Position numbers and translations under genes: made by a program | Part shown: piece after piece, positions 39,309 to 48,438 of the stretch | How positions within the stretch are numbered: the first letter of the stretch is position 1 | Layout: each line of letters starts with the position of its first letter | Assembly: GCA_035291645.1 (NCBI GenBank) | Contig: DATDRQ010000310.1 | Span: forward strand, 1-58,289 | DNA: 58,289 bases | Direction of reading: 5' to 3' | From: Anaerolineales bacterium | Lineage (GTDB): Bacteria > Chloroflexota > Anaerolineae > Anaerolineales > UBA4823 | Notes under the pieces: generated by a model | The model's input: only the letters and a program-made list of their open reading frames with translations | Databases searched by the model: none | Told to the model about the DNA's origin: nothing

Positions 39309-39620
39309 ATGGCGCAGACGAAATACGACGGCATTATCCAGGCGGTCCGATATGATGGTCAGAGTCAAGTCGAATGGGTGCGGGTTTTCTTGCGCCGGGG
39401 ACCGACCTGGTCAGATTATGTGATCCTCGACCGGCAAACCGTGATCGATCAGATCAAATCCGGCAAACGCTTTGCCGCCGGGAAGCGCATCCCACAGCTG
39501 GCAAGCACCTTCGAGATCACCGCCCAGGTTAAACTCAGCCAGGCTAACGGGCAGGAGTTCCTGGTCACCGGAGATTTCCAGGCCGACAAAGACCGCCTGG
39601 AAGGCGTCCCGCTCATCTAG
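39309..39620 (+). CDS. small conserved hypothetical protein (DUF3892-like pattern)
   Basis: 103 aa with good coding appearance. The C-terminal ..FLVTGDFQADKDRLEGVPLI resembles the DUF3892 tail. Weak assignment made from memory. Confidence 0.4.
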   Translation: MAQTKYDGIIQAVRYDGQSQVEWVRVFLRRGPTWSDYVILDRQTVIDQIKSGKRFAAGKRIPQLASTFEITAQVKLSQANGQEFLVTGDFQADKDRLEGVPLI

Positions 39621-39625
39621 CTGGC

Positions 39626-40450
39626 GTGCCCACTCCTTTCTATCACCTGGACGTTGCCGAGAGACTGCTGTACCATCCGGACTTACCCGGTCCAATCCGG
39701 CACAATCTGCTAGTTCAGCAAAGCGCTTTTCTTTTGGGGAATACAGCACCCGACGTCCAGGTCCTTTCGAGGCAGAAACGTCAGGCTACTCACTTCTTTT
39801 CCTTCCCTTTCGATCCCGGCTCTCTGCCTCCCTGGGAGAGAATGCTGGTTCTTTACCCAGACCTGGCCCCTCAGCCAACTCATCCGGCTGAACGGCAGGC
39901 TTTCCTGGCTGGCTACCTGTGCCACCTCCAGGCGGATTGGTTCTGGATCCGGGACATCTTCCTGCCCGCCTTCGGCCCCGATCTGACCTGGGGGACTTTT
40001 CCTGAGCGCCTTTACTTGCACAACGTACTGCGAGCTTATCTCGACCGGCACGTGCTGGCTGGTTTGCCGCTCGAAACTCCCCGGCTGCTCTCCCGTGTCC
40101 AGCCTGATCACTGGCTGCCTTTCACCGAAGACCACTTCCTGCTGGCCTGGCGAGATTATTTGGCAAGACAGCTGCAACCAGGGGCCAGCATAGAAACGGT
40201 TGAAGTGTTCGCTTCCCGGCAAGGCCTTTCTCCAACCGAGTTCTACCGCTTGCTAGACTCCGAGGATCAGATGGAAGAGCAGGTTTTTATCCATGTCTCT
40301 CACTCCCAGCTTGATGCATATCGTGAGCGCCTGATCCAGGCGAATCTTATCCTGCTCGCGGCTTACCTGACAGGTAAGAGACCTGATCCAAGTACAGCGG
40401 CCGCTAAACCTGAGGATCCGCCCAAGACCCTGGACGCCAGGAAAGGATAA
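39626..40450 (+). CDS. hypothetical protein, possibly zinc-dependent phospholipase C-like metallohydrolase
   Basis: GTG start 5 nt after the previous stop. His/Asp pattern FYHLDV.., GNTAPD.., THFF.., GYLCHLQAD... Confidence 0.4.
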   Translation: MPTPFYHLDVAERLLYHPDLPGPIRHNLLVQQSAFLLGNTAPDVQVLSRQKRQATHFFSFPFDPGSLPPWERMLVLYPDLAPQPTHPAERQAFLAGYLCHLQADWFWIRDIFLPAFGPDLTWGTFPERLYLHNVLRAYLDRHVLAGLPLETPRLLSRVQPDHWLPFTEDHFLLAWRDYLARQLQPGASIETVEVFASRQGLSPTEFYRLLDSEDQMEEQVFIHVSHSQLDAYRERLIQANLILLAAYLTGKRPDPSTAAAKPEDPPKTLDARKG

Positions 40451-40515
40451 GCGCGCCTCCAAGCTGGAACGCTTCTTGCATTCTGGCTGATCGGCTATCA
40501 AGAATCCGTCATTGA

Positions 40516-41292
40516 GTGAATCCCTTGTCTGAACCGTTCCTGTCTTTGATTATCCCTGCACACAATGAAGAAGAGCGCCTCCCCGGTACTCTAGACCAGG
40601 TCTTCGACTTCTTAATACGTCAAGATTACCTCTCCGAAGTGCTCGTCATCGAAAATGGCAGCCATGACCGCACCTTCCAGGTCGCCCAGGAATTCGCAGC
40701 CCGGCTAGGAGACGGAGCTGTGGAAAGAATGGGGAAGTCTTATCCCCCTTTGCGCTTGTTCCAGGTTTCTGCGCGGGGAAAAGGGTTGGCAGTGCAACGC
40801 GGCATGCTGGAGGCGCGCGGCGCTTACCGCTTCATGTGCGATGCCGATCTATCCATGCCGATCGATCAGGTCAACCGGTTTCTACCACCCGCCCTGCCGA
40901 ACTGCGATATCACCATCGCTTCTCGAGAAGCGCCGGGCGCCCGCCGCTTCAACGAACCCGCTTACCGCCACTTCGTCGGGCGCCTCTTCAACCTGTTAAT
41001 CCGCCTGCTGGCTCTTCCGAACCTGCAGGACACCCAGTGTGGCTTTAAATGCTTCCAGGCGAAAGCGGCAGACGATCTCTTTCCCCGCATGTCCATAACA
41101 GGCTGGTCCTTCGATGTAGAAATCCTGTTCATCGCCCGGAAGCGCGGCTACCAGATCCAAGAAATCGCCATCCCCTGGTACTATAACCCATTCAGCCACA
41201 TCAGCGTCGTCCGAGATTCGTTGCGTATGGGGCTGGATATCCTCCAGATTCGCTTGAATAACTTACGTGGAAAATATGACCGGGCGCTTTGA
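40516..41292 (+). CDS. soluble GT2 glycosyltransferase (polyprenol/dolichyl-phosphate beta-glucosyltransferase-like)
   Basis: LSLIIPAHNEEERLPGTL, ..IENGSHD.., ..MCDADLSMP.., ..QCGFKCF... No C-terminal TM helices. Confidence 0.78.
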   Translation: MNPLSEPFLSLIIPAHNEEERLPGTLDQVFDFLIRQDYLSEVLVIENGSHDRTFQVAQEFAARLGDGAVERMGKSYPPLRLFQVSARGKGLAVQRGMLEARGAYRFMCDADLSMPIDQVNRFLPPALPNCDITIASREAPGARRFNEPAYRHFVGRLFNLLIRLLALPNLQDTQCGFKCFQAKAADDLFPRMSITGWSFDVEILFIARKRGYQIQEIAIPWYYNPFSHISVVRDSLRMGLDILQIRLNNLRGKYDRAL

Positions 41293-41947
41293 CCCAGACC
41301 TGTTGCCGGTCGCGCCCGATCTTAGTTTCGAGGAGAACCTGTGGGCTGCCGGTGCGCTTGAGGTGGCCGGGATTGATGAGGTCGGGCGAGGCGCGCTGGC
41401 TGGCCCGGTGGGGGCGGCTGTCGTTGTCTTTCCCCCAGAGCCGGATAAGCTTGCTGTTCTTTTCGGAATGCTGGATTCAAAGAAACAAAGCCCCGCTGAA
41501 AGGGTCTTTTGGGCAGAAAAGGTGCGCCGGGTGGCAACCGGCTGGGGGATCAGCTTTGCTTCAGCGAAAGAGATCGATGACCTGGGTATCCTACCAGCGA
41601 CCCGGCTGGCGATCCAGCGGGCGCTTGAAATTCTGCCTCTCACCCCCCAGCATTTATTACTGGACTGTATGTTCCTGCCCGACAACCCCATCCCGCAAAC
41701 TTCGCTCATTAAGGGAGATGAGCGCTCGTTGAGCATCGCGGCAGCTTCCGTGCTGGCGAAGACTGCCCGCGATCAACTCCTCGTCGAGATGGACTCACAT
41801 TATCCCGGATACGGCTTCGCTTCTCACAAGGGATACGCGACTCCATACCACCGTGCCGCATTGGGCGAAATAGGCCCATGCCCGATTCATCGATACAGCT
41901 ACTCCCCGATTAAGTTTATTAGAACCAATCCCGCTTCCAGAAAATAA
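41276..41947 (+). CDS. rnhB: ribonuclease HII
   Basis: AGIDEVGRGALAGPV, ..DSKK.. and ..ASVLAK..R.. blocks. ATG 41276 (the track GTG is at 41267). Overlaps the upstream GT2 by 17 nt. Confidence 0.9.
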   Translation: MTGRFDPDLLPVAPDLSFEENLWAAGALEVAGIDEVGRGALAGPVGAAVVVFPPEPDKLAVLFGMLDSKKQSPAERVFWAEKVRRVATGWGISFASAKEIDDLGILPATRLAIQRALEILPLTPQHLLLDCMFLPDNPIPQTSLIKGDERSLSIAAASVLAKTARDQLLVEMDSHYPGYGFASHKGYATPYHRAALGEIGPCPIHRYSYSPIKFIRTNPASRK

Positions 41948-42854
41948 AAACCGTCGCCAGGGTAATCAGGAAGATAAAGCCCAGGATCGCCAGGAAGGCC
42001 GAGCCGGCGTTCGTCATCGGCACACCCACGTTCATCCCCCACAGACCGGTAACAATCGTGGGCAGGCTGAGTACGATGGTGACCGAAGCCAGGAACTTCA
42101 TGACGCCGTTCAGATTGTTTGAGATGATCGAGGCAAAAGCATCCATCATGCTGCTTAAGATATTACTGGCGATGTTCGTCATCTCGATCGCCTGGCGGTT
42201 CTCGATCAACACATCCTCCAACAGGTCCTCGTCTTCCGGGTAGGTCTTGAATACCTGCATGCGCTGAAGGCGTTCCATTAATAACTCGTTCGACTTCAGC
42301 GCCGTCGTGAAATACGTCAGGCTCTTCTGGTATTTGAGCAGCTCCAACACTTCCTTGTTCCGGGTAGAGCGCTGCAGCTGGTCTTCCAATGCGTCAACCA
42401 CTTTATTGATCTCCCGAAGATAAGCCAGGTAAGACTGCGCCGTCCTGAGCAGCAAACGCAGCACGAACCGGTAGCGTTTTGCGGTCGAAAGGTCTCGCAT
42501 CCGCCCAGAGGAGAAGCCCTGGACGATCTCGTTTTCCCGCTTACAAATGGTCAGGATCAACCGGTCCGTTAGAATAATGCCTAAGGGTAAGGTCGAATAT
42601 GGGACGTCGTAATTATCGCCCTGGTAGAACGGAATCCTCACGACGATCAGCGTTGCGCCGTCGTCCCGCTCTGTCCGGGCTTGCTCGTCCATGTCCAGTG
42701 GATAGGTAATAAAATCGGGGGGTATGCCTAACTCCTGGAGCCGGGCGATCTCTGCCGCGTCCGGATCCACTACATTAATCCAGCAGCCAGCGCTGATCTC
42801 GTCTTGGGTCAATAGTCCACTTGCAGTGTGGTTGAAAATTGTAATCATCATCAT
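41919..42854 (-). CDS. corA: CorA-family magnesium/cobalt transporter
   Basis: Two C-terminal TM helices with GLWGMNVGVP (the GMN motif). GGAGA SD. Confidence 0.9.
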   Translation of the reverse strand: MMMITIFNHTASGLLTQDEISAGCWINVVDPDAAEIARLQELGIPPDFITYPLDMDEQARTERDDGATLIVVRIPFYQGDNYDVPYSTLPLGIILTDRLILTICKRENEIVQGFSSGRMRDLSTAKRYRFVLRLLLRTAQSYLAYLREINKVVDALEDQLQRSTRNKEVLELLKYQKSLTYFTTALKSNELLMERLQRMQVFKTYPEDEDLLEDVLIENRQAIEMTNIASNILSSMMDAFASIISNNLNGVMKFLASVTIVLSLPTIVTGLWGMNVGVPMTNAGSAFLAILGFIFLITLATVFIFWKRDWF

Positions 42855-43265
42855 TTCTCCATACAGGAAATCTTGGCATTCGCATGATCAGGGTGGTTCC
42901 GAGAGATCTAAGGGGACCTCTTCAGGATGTGAATTGTTTTCATCCATTTCTATTACTCTCCCTTCTTAAAAAAATCGCTTCCCGATGGGTGCCGATTTGT
43001 TCTTCAGCAGGCATTTTAACTTGCTATGCTGGAGGCCCGGCCAAACGGGAAGCGTTTACGCGCAGGAAATACTCCCTTTATGCAGGAGCCTCCGTGATCG
43101 TGCAGCTACGTTCCGGCGCGTTTGTATGGCGCGGAATCCCAGAGCGCCGGCAAACGACCCGTTCACCGGAGGCTCTCCGGCCTGCTACATGAGAATAAAG
43201 AGCGAATCTGCTCACAAAACAACCCTTTTCTTGCCTATCTGGCGATGATAAACATGTGCCTCACT
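42855..43265 (-). promoter_or_regulatory. long (~410 nt) structured 5' leader of corA; candidate cis-regulatory RNA
   Basis: No credible ORF. GC-rich hairpins, e.g. CCGGAG-AGC-CTCCGG. A segment CACGGAGGCUCCUGCAUAAAGGGAG loosely resembles the M-box 5' core. A helix CGCUUCCCG..CGGGAAGCG is followed by U7 (42968-42974). Confidence 0.35.
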
Positions 43266-43271
43266 TGAATG

Positions 43272-43300
43272 AGTATAGCGCGACCAGTTCAAATGAGCAA
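43272..43300 (-). promoter_or_regulatory. candidate promoter of the corA leader (TTGCTC-17-TATACT on the minus strand)
   Basis: -35 is plus-strand 43295-43300 and -10 is 43272-43277, just downstream of the ATPase stop. Confidence 0.4.
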
Positions 43301-43327
43301 GACCCTTTGATATTTGAAACGAGTCTA

Positions 43328-46231
43328 TTAACGTTGGGGCAGCCTTGAATACCCTTGCTCCCGGCGATCTCGCCAGCGCAAATAGGCCTTGGTGATCTCC
43401 TCAGAAATCGCCGGGATCAGCGCCAGGCTGAGAACGACTGCCCATTCTCTGGCGTCCAGCGGGACGGTATTGAAGACCGGCTCCAGGAACGGCACATACA
43501 TCACCAGGAGCAGCAGCCCAATGGAAAGGCCGACTGCGTACTGCATCACCCGGTTCGAGAAAACACCCAGCCGGAACAGGGAGGTCCGTTCCGACCGGAC
43601 CGTGTAAGCGCGGAAGAGCTCGCACAGCGATAGGGTCACAAAGGCCATCGTCTCGGCATCCGCCACGTTTACGCCCCGCCAATCGAAACGGATCAGGTAA
43701 GCGATCGGGTTCACCCCGGCCGGCAACAGATTCTCGGCTGTCAGGTGCCAGATCAGACCGACGGCAAAGGCCGTCAAGGTGGCGCCGGTCTGCGTGATCG
43801 TCTGGATGAAAATACCCAGGCGCATCGAACGGTTGATGATGGGTTCTGCCGGTGGCCGCGGCGGGCGCTGCATGGTGTCCGGGTCGCCGGCCTCCTTGGC
43901 GAGCGCCAGAGCCGGGGCGCCGTCGGTCAGCAGGTTCAGCCAGAGCAATTGAATCACAGTCAGAGGGGTGGGCAACCCAGCCAGCGTTGCCAGAAAGATG
44001 ATCATGATCTCGGCGACGTTCGACGAGAGCAAGAAGAAGACGAACTTGCGGATGTTCGCATAAATGATGCGCCCCTGCTCCACTGCAGACACGATACTGG
44101 CGTAATTATCGTCGGTCAGGACCATGTCGGCGCTTTCTTTAGCCACATCAGTCCCGGTGATGCCCATGGCAATGCCGATATCGGCGCGCTTAATCGCCGG
44201 CGCGTCGTTGACGCCGTCACCCGTCATTGCCACCACTTCGTTGTTCGCCCGCAGCGCCGACACGATACGCAGTTTATGCTCCGGGGATACGCGCGCAAAC
44301 ACATCGGTCTGACCTACCTGACGGCGCAGCACCTCGTCATCGATCTGGTTGAGTTCCGGGCCGGTGATTACGTTATGACCGGTCTCAAGCAAACCGATCG
44401 AGGCGGCGATGGCGCGGGCGGTGTTGGGGTAATCCCCGGTGATCATCACCGTCCGGATGCCCGCCTGGCGAGCAATGTCCAGGGCAGGCGGCACTTCCGG
44501 TCTGGGGGGGTCGATCATCCCGATCAAGCCGGCGAATACCATGCCCTCTTCCAATGCCTGCGGGGTGATCTCGTCCGGTACTTCCGGGATCGAACGGAAG
44601 GCCAAAGCGAGCACTCGCAGGGCCTCCTGAGTCATAGCGTCGTTCGCCGCCAGGATGCGCGCCCGGTCCACTTCATGCAGAGTTTCCGCCTGGTCTTCTG
44701 AGCCCAGATAATGAGTACACTGCCCGAGCACCAGATCGGGAGCCCCTTTCAACGTCACCAGGTATCTTCCGTGGCTGTTTTCACTAGATAGCGAGGTAGG
44801 AACCGCAGGCTGGCTCTCCTGTCTGGCGTGGATGGTTAACATGCGTTTGCGTTCGGAATCAAACGGGACCTCCTGAACGCGCGGCAATTCCCGGTTCAGC
44901 GCGCTCTGCCAGAGACCGGCCTTGGCTGCCGCCACGACCAGCGCCCCCTCGGTCGGATCGCCGACCATCCGGTAAGCCTTCTTGCCATCCTCGCCGGATT
45001 GTTTCACTTCCAACTCGGCGTCGTTATTCAGGACTGCGATCTCCAGGGCAGTCAGGAGCGCGGGAAATTCGGGCAAAGATATAGGGCTGCCGTTCGAGCG
45101 GAAATCGCCCTCCGGTATATAGCCTCCGCCGGTGACCTCGATGAATCTCCCATCCACCCACAAGCGGGTGACGGTCATCTCGTTCTGCGTCAGCGTGCCG
45201 GTCTTATCGGAGCAAATGATCGTCGCCGAACCGAGCGTTTCAACCGAGGAGAGCCTGCGGATGAGCGCATGGCGCTTGATCATCTCACGCATCCCCAGCG
45301 CCAGGCTGATCGTCACCACCGCCGGCAGGCCTTCCGGCACGGCGGCAATCGCCAGACCGACTGCGATCATAAACATATCCAGCGGGTCCCCGCCCTGGAG
45401 CCAGCCAACCAGGAACACGATGGCGCAGATCGCCAGGGCTGCCCAACCTAAAACCCTTCCTAATGAATCGAGCCGGCGTTGCAGGGGTGTAGGCTCGTGT
45501 TCTACCGCCTGGAGCATCTCGGCAATGATGCCGATCTGCGTGTGCATGCCGGTGCTGACCACCACGCCCTTGCCGCGCCCATAGCTGACCAGCGTTCCCA
45601 TGAAGGCCGTATTTCTGCGATCGCCGAGCGGGATATCGACTTCCAGGTGAACGGCAGCATCTTTCTTCACCGGGACGGATTCGCCGGTTAGGGCCGCTTC
45701 GTCGACTCTTAGATTGACCGCTTCTAACAGGCGCACATCCGCAGGGACGAAGTTGCCGGCTTCCAATAGAACCAGGTCACCTGGAACCAGCTCGCGGGAG
45801 GGAATGGAACACCGCGACCCGCTACGGATGACATGCGCTTCCGGCGCCGCCAGCTTGCGTAGAGCTGCCAGGGCCTGCTCTGCACGCCGCTCTTGGACAA
45901 CGCCCAGGGCGGCGTTCAAGATCACGATCGAGATAATCGCCGCCGCTTCGATGTAGTCCCCCAGCACGGCTGAGATCACCGCCGCGACGATCAACAGGAT
46001 CACCACGAAGTTGTTGAGCTGGTCCCACAGCATATCGAAGAAGGTGGTAGGCGGGACTTCCTGTAGCTGGTTAGGACCGTACTGGTCTAAGCGACGGGCT
46101 GCATCTTCCTGCGTAAGGCCCATCTCTGAGAAAGTCGCCAGGCGTTCGAGGACTTCCTCCGCCGTAATGGCATGCCAGGGTCCATTTCTTACCGAAGAAT
46201 TTTCAACCGGAGTCAAGTTATTAATCGCCAT
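43328..46231 (-). CDS. P-type ATPase, P2 (Ca2+-transporting, SERCA/PMR1-like)
   Basis: ICSDKTGTLTQNEM, MITGDYPNTA and TGDGVNDAPAIKRADIGIAMG; N-terminal cation-ATPase-N region; 967 aa with 10 TM helices. Confidence 0.92.
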   Translation of the reverse strand: MAINNLTPVENSSVRNGPWHAITAEEVLERLATFSEMGLTQEDAARRLDQYGPNQLQEVPPTTFFDMLWDQLNNFVVILLIVAAVISAVLGDYIEAAAIISIVILNAALGVVQERRAEQALAALRKLAAPEAHVIRSGSRCSIPSRELVPGDLVLLEAGNFVPADVRLLEAVNLRVDEAALTGESVPVKKDAAVHLEVDIPLGDRRNTAFMGTLVSYGRGKGVVVSTGMHTQIGIIAEMLQAVEHEPTPLQRRLDSLGRVLGWAALAICAIVFLVGWLQGGDPLDMFMIAVGLAIAAVPEGLPAVVTISLALGMREMIKRHALIRRLSSVETLGSATIICSDKTGTLTQNEMTVTRLWVDGRFIEVTGGGYIPEGDFRSNGSPISLPEFPALLTALEIAVLNNDAELEVKQSGEDGKKAYRMVGDPTEGALVVAAAKAGLWQSALNRELPRVQEVPFDSERKRMLTIHARQESQPAVPTSLSSENSHGRYLVTLKGAPDLVLGQCTHYLGSEDQAETLHEVDRARILAANDAMTQEALRVLALAFRSIPEVPDEITPQALEEGMVFAGLIGMIDPPRPEVPPALDIARQAGIRTVMITGDYPNTARAIAASIGLLETGHNVITGPELNQIDDEVLRRQVGQTDVFARVSPEHKLRIVSALRANNEVVAMTGDGVNDAPAIKRADIGIAMGITGTDVAKESADMVLTDDNYASIVSAVEQGRIIYANIRKFVFFLLSSNVAEIMIIFLATLAGLPTPLTVIQLLWLNLLTDGAPALALAKEAGDPDTMQRPPRPPAEPIINRSMRLGIFIQTITQTGATLTAFAVGLIWHLTAENLLPAGVNPIAYLIRFDWRGVNVADAETMAFVTLSLCELFRAYTVRSERTSLFRLGVFSNRVMQYAVGLSIGLLLLVMYVPFLEPVFNTVPLDAREWAVVLSLALIPAISEEITKAYLRWRDRREQGYSRLPQR

Positions 46232-46330
46232 AGTTCTGCATTATTCCGGAAGGTGTCACCGGAGATTTACCCCACAATAATATTTGAGTGTTTCACACAC
46301 AATGTACATTATAGTTCCCAGCGATTCTGC

Positions 46331-46972
46331 TTAGACCAGAACCCAGACGTTGAGCGACTTGGGACCGTGCACCCCTAAGGTGACGGTCAGCTCGATGTCG
46401 GCGGTGCGACTCGGCCCGGTGATTAAGATCAAATAACCTTGCCCCTTCGCCTCCGCAAAGACCTGGGCCAGGTCCGGGCGGAACGCAGCCGCCCGCAGGA
46501 GCGCCAGATGGACGCGCGGCAGCAGGGAGACCGGGCGCGGCTTTTCGGGCGACGAGAGCAGGCCGATCGTGCCCGTCTCTGCCAGGGCAAAGTCCGCCTC
46601 AGTCACCCCCAGGTCACAGGAAGCCAGCCGGTGTTTATCTTCGCCCGCTGGAATGATCTCGACCCCCAACCGCTCCAGGTGGTCCGCCACACCCAAATCA
46701 CCCAGCACAGGCGTTTTCCACACAGTAGCCCTCCGGATTTCCTCTGCCTGGACCAGCTCATCCAGGGCTTGGGCCAGCTGTTCCTGGTGAACACGCCTGG
46801 CGTGCCCGGAAAGTTGGTTCAATTCAGACACAAACAGGTCAATCTCTGCCTGGATCTCGAGCGCTGGGCGGGGGGGCAGGACTGCAGGCCGCGGCTCCAC
46901 CGCTTGACCGGGCTGCCTTCCCAATGATTTGCGGATATTCTCGATGACCGGATTCTTGTCCAGAGGGCTCAT
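46331..46972 (-). CDS. lutC: lactate utilisation protein C (LUD domain)
   Basis: ATG 46972 forms an ATGA overlap with the lutB stop (46969-46971). The product MSPLDKNPVIENIRKSLG.. has LUD-domain length. The 386-aa track ORF is a spurious 5' extension inside lutB. Confidence 0.8.
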   Translation of the reverse strand: MSPLDKNPVIENIRKSLGRQPGQAVEPRPAVLPPRPALEIQAEIDLFVSELNQLSGHARRVHQEQLAQALDELVQAEEIRRATVWKTPVLGDLGVADHLERLGVEIIPAGEDKHRLASCDLGVTEADFALAETGTIGLLSSPEKPRPVSLLPRVHLALLRAAAFRPDLAQVFAEAKGQGYLILITGPSRTADIELTVTLGVHGPKSLNVWVLV

Positions 46973-48438
46973 GGCGATCCTCTTGAGTCCCGATCTCCGT
47001 TTCGACGCTGGCGCTGGGCCCACCACTCCCGGAAACCGCCTCGAAAGGCAGGCAAAGGCCTGACACGCGTCCAGCGGTTGACCGGTGGAGGCAGCGCGGG
47101 CAGCCAGCCGTCGCGCCGCAGGGGCGCCATTAGCAATGGCAGCAGGCGCGTGCCCAGGCGGTATAACCAGGGTGTGGAGAGCGCTACCCTGCCCAGGCTG
47201 GCGCTGGCTCTGAGCGGGGCCGGGGCGGCGGGTTTTTCGAACTCGTCCCCCTCGACCACGCGGTGTCTCAAGTGCAGCAGGATCTTGGGAATCGGGATTT
47301 TCACCGGGCAAACGTCCGCACACGCGCCGCACAGCGAGGAGGCGAACGGCAGCTCGCGCGCCGCCTCGACTCCCAGGATTTGCGGGGAAAAGATCGCTCC
47401 GATCGGCCCGGAGATGAACCAGCCGTAAGCGTAGCCGCCGACATGCTTGTAAACCGGGCAGACGTTCAGGCAGCAACCGCAGCGGATGCACTTGAGCGTC
47501 TCGCGGGCGACGGGATCTTGCAGGATGCGGCTGCGCCCGTTGTCCAGCAAGACCAGGTGGAATTGCTTTGCTCCCCCCTCTCCAACGGTACGGCGCGGTC
47601 CTGTGATGAAGGATGTATAGGCAGAAAGCTTCTGACCGGTAGCGCTGCGCGCCAGCAGCTTGAGCAAGACCGTCAGGCTTTCCCAGTCAGGCACGACTTT
47701 ATCGATGCCTACCACGGCGACGTGCAGGTCAGGCAAGGTCGTACACATGCGCCCGTTGCCCTCATTGGATACGATCACCAGCGCGCCGGTCTCGGCTACC
47801 AGGAAATTGGCCCCCGAGATGCCCATCTCTGCTTCCAGGAAGCGCTCGCGCAGTATCCTCCGGGCGATCGCCGCCAATTCTAGTGGGTCCGTAGGCGCGT
47901 CGATGCCGAGCTTCTCCCGGAAAAGTGCAGCGATCTCCTCTTTACGCATGTGGACCGCCGGGACGATGATGTGGGAAGGGCCGGTCCCTGCCAGCTGGAT
48001 GATGAATTCACCCAGGTCGGTCTCATAAGCCTGGATACCGGCTGCTTCTAACGCCTGGTTGAGCCCGATCTCCTCCGTCGCCATCGACTTGACCTTTACC
48101 GCCGTCCGGGCTCCATGCTGCCGGGCAATATCCACCACGATCGCGCTGGCTTCGGCGGCGTCCACGGCCCAATGCACCACGCCGCCGGCTGCGACGACCT
48201 GTTTCTCGACCAGTTCCAGGTACAAGTCCAGATTGAGCAGGGTGTGCAGACGGATCTCGTGCGCCGCCTGGCGTAGCTCTTCCCACTGCGGCATTTCAGC
48301 AATGCGCGCTTCCCGGTTCCCCAGGAAGCGACCGGTCGCCTGCTCAAGCGCGATGGGGATGTTCTTAGGGACGTGGGTCGAGTACTCCCCAAACTCGATG
48401 TAGGCCGGAGCCTGGTGGGAGTGGGTAGATTCGGTCAT
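46969..48438 (-). CDS. lutB: lactate utilisation protein B (4Fe-4S, LUD domain)
   Basis: CIRCGCCLNVCP and CGACADVCP ferredoxin motifs. ATGA overlap with lutA. Confidence 0.88.
   Translation of the reverse strand: MTESTHSHQAPAYIEFGEYSTHVPKNIPIALEQATGRFLGNREARIAEMPQWEELRQAAHEIRLHTLLNLDLYLELVEKQVVAAGGVVHWAVDAAEASAIVVDIARQHGARTAVKVKSMATEEIGLNQALEAAGIQAYETDLGEFIIQLAGTGPSHIIVPAVHMRKEEIAALFREKLGIDAPTDPLELAAIARRILRERFLEAEMGISGANFLVAETGALVIVSNEGNGRMCTTLPDLHVAVVGIDKVVPDWESLTVLLKLLARSATGQKLSAYTSFITGPRRTVGEGGAKQFHLVLLDNGRSRILQDPVARETLKCIRCGCCLNVCPVYKHVGGYAYGWFISGPIGAIFSPQILGVEAARELPFASSLCGACADVCPVKIPIPKILLHLRHRVVEGDEFEKPAAPAPLRASASLGRVALSTPWLYRLGTRLLPLLMAPLRRDGWLPALPPPVNRWTRVRPLPAFRGGFREWWAQRQRRNGDRDSRGSP

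Noticed and set aside
42884-43248. Track ORFs 42884-43192 and 42985-43248 in the corA-ATPase spacer
   Set aside because: They are on the strand opposite to both flanking genes, have no SD and have an implausible composition. The region is better explained as the corA 5' leader.
46973-47491. 5' extension that makes the lutC ORF 386 aa
   Set aside because: The extension is an Arg/Pro/Ala-rich off-frame read through lutB. An internal ATG at 46972 gives a normal-size LUD-domain protein and forms an ATGA overlap with the lutB stop.
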